37,805 bases of DNA from Gemmatimonadota bacterium. GTDB taxonomy: Bacteria; 4572-55; J002. Under the pieces are notes generated by a model. That model saw nothing but the letters and a program-made list of their open reading frames with translations, was not told the DNA's origin and ran no database searches. Positions 36,608 through 37,805 of the stretch are shown here, in pieces. The stretch lies in assembly GCA_003697105.1 (NCBI GenBank), contig RFFQ01000072.1, positions 1-37,805 of the forward strand, read 5' to 3'. A program made the position numbers and the translations under genes. How positions within the stretch are numbered: position 1 is the first letter of the stretch; the number at the start of each line of letters is the position of its first letter.

Positions 36608-37720
36608 GTGATAACGCGCTATATGGTATTTTCTGGGGTTATATTTTTGATCGGGGGAATCCTAAATCTTGTCGTTTTTGGGGGAACAATTGGGTTTGAT
36701 GCCTGGGGGAAGTTGACTATCGGCTTGGGGGTTGTCTTGTGCCTGTATCCCGCGTACCAGCGACGGATTTTCCTCGCACGGTTCGTGCTGATGCTACTCT
36801 CTATTGTCGGGAATATAGCGGTCATTATTTTTATAGTCTTGCTGGTCGCAAATCTGCCAAAAACCGCCTTTCATGCAACGGCAATCACCATTCAGCCTCC
36901 TCCCCCAGCGCACGTAGCAGCATTTTACCGGTTGGTGGACAAGACCCGGTCAGACCACCCGGGCATCGATAGCCGATGTTTTGCCGTACCCAACGGATGG
37001 TATGATCGGCTCAAGCAAGATCACGTCTATGATTACACCTTACCCGGTATGGATTCCCTATTGACCCCTACCTGCCAAGCGGAACGGGCAAAATTACTGG
37101 ATTTTTACCGCCAACATATCACCGCCCAGCCGGTACAAGCGGTCAATGGTATCTATCTGACACCATTAAATACCCAGACTCCCAATTACCTGAGTACCCA
37201 AAACCTCTATAAAATCGAACTGACTCATATCGCCAAGTTGCTGGCAGAGGGGAACATACCAACCGCACAGGAGAAGTATATTCATCTATGGCAAGCAATC
37301 CGCAACCAGCTTTCCAGCGAACTAAATGGCTTGGTTCAAACCATGATTACCATCGCCGATCTCGACCAGCTCGCGGAATTTTACAGCCGGTACGGCAATG
37401 AGTTAGCTCTGGCAGGGTCATCTGAATTTGTCACCTTGATCGATTCGATTCCGGCGTTAATGGACCAGAGCATGGTGAATGGTCTTCACGGGGAATATGC
37501 CCTGAGGGCCGCGATGTTCCTTGATATTGCGGAACACCCGCTAGCCGCAAAGTCGATTTTTCAGGAATCCTTTGGTGGGGGGAGTTCCGGCGGTATGTTC
37601 CAAAACATACTAGCATCAATATTGGGCGGGCGAGTCACCCAGTGGCCGCTTTATGATGCCCATCAAACTCTCCAGCATTACGCCAACCATTTGGCACAAG
37701 CCATTGAGAACCTGTTTTAA
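36608..37720 (+). CDS. Hypothetical membrane protein (3 N-terminal TM helices + helical extracytoplasmic domain)
   Basis: 372-aa ORF. AGGAG RBS at 36597-36601 favours GTG 36608. No family recognised. Confidence 0.65.
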   Translation: MITRYMVFSGVIFLIGGILNLVVFGGTIGFDAWGKLTIGLGVVLCLYPAYQRRIFLARFVLMLLSIVGNIAVIIFIVLLVANLPKTAFHATAITIQPPPPAHVAAFYRLVDKTRSDHPGIDSRCFAVPNGWYDRLKQDHVYDYTLPGMDSLLTPTCQAERAKLLDFYRQHITAQPVQAVNGIYLTPLNTQTPNYLSTQNLYKIELTHIAKLLAEGNIPTAQEKYIHLWQAIRNQLSSELNGLVQTMITIADLDQLAEFYSRYGNELALAGSSEFVTLIDSIPALMDQSMVNGLHGEYALRAAMFLDIAEHPLAAKSIFQESFGGGSSGGMFQNILASILGGRVTQWPLYDAHQTLQHYANHLAQAIENLF

Positions 37721-37790
37721 AAGTTCATTGAGTTGCTAAAATTCGGGTTTCACCACATTTTCCTTGTGGACAATTTTCATTTTAATTTAC

Positions 37791-37805
37791 AAGGAGGATG
37801 TTGTG
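37791..37805 (+). promoter_or_regulatory. Ribosome-binding site of a gene starting at or beyond the window edge
   Basis: AAGGAGG at 37791-37797 followed by GTG at 37803. Confidence 0.55.

Noticed and set aside
1..37805. CRISPR arrays, tRNA/rRNA, IS elements, prophage genes
   Set aside because: No regularly spaced repeats, cloverleafs, or transposase, integrase or phage motifs were seen. Intergenic gaps are short; the largest (31914-32331) is explained by a terminator plus an AT-rich promoter region.

Overview
A 37.8 kb bacterial chromosomal window from a diderm organism. LolA, FadL, BatD/E, dksA-lspA linkage and a C25/FlgD-CTD secreted protein suggest an FCB-superphylum or related candidate-phylum genome (inference). 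It is a mosaic of housekeeping genes (PPi-type pfk, rpsO-pnp, lolA, acpP-fabF-acyP, rfbB, dksA-like, lspA, cdd) and accessory or signalling genes. The latter include: an MvaI/BcnI-family type II restriction-modification pair at the left edge, whose methyltransferase start is missed by the ORF track and which is matched by strong CCWGG depletion; a catalytically degenerate tandem adenylate-cyclase/STAND NTPase/TPR protein translationally coupled to a secreted Ig-like/cohesin/dockerin protein; an NtrC-type regulator followed by batD-batE; a FadL plus lipoprotein esterase pair; an orphan GAF-PAS histidine kinase; a TPR-RsbR(STAS) stressosome-type protein; and a gingipain-like C25 protein with a dockerin but no catalytic His. 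No rRNA, tRNA, CRISPR array, transposase or prophage gene was recognised. All family calls come from motif recognition by eye, not database searches.
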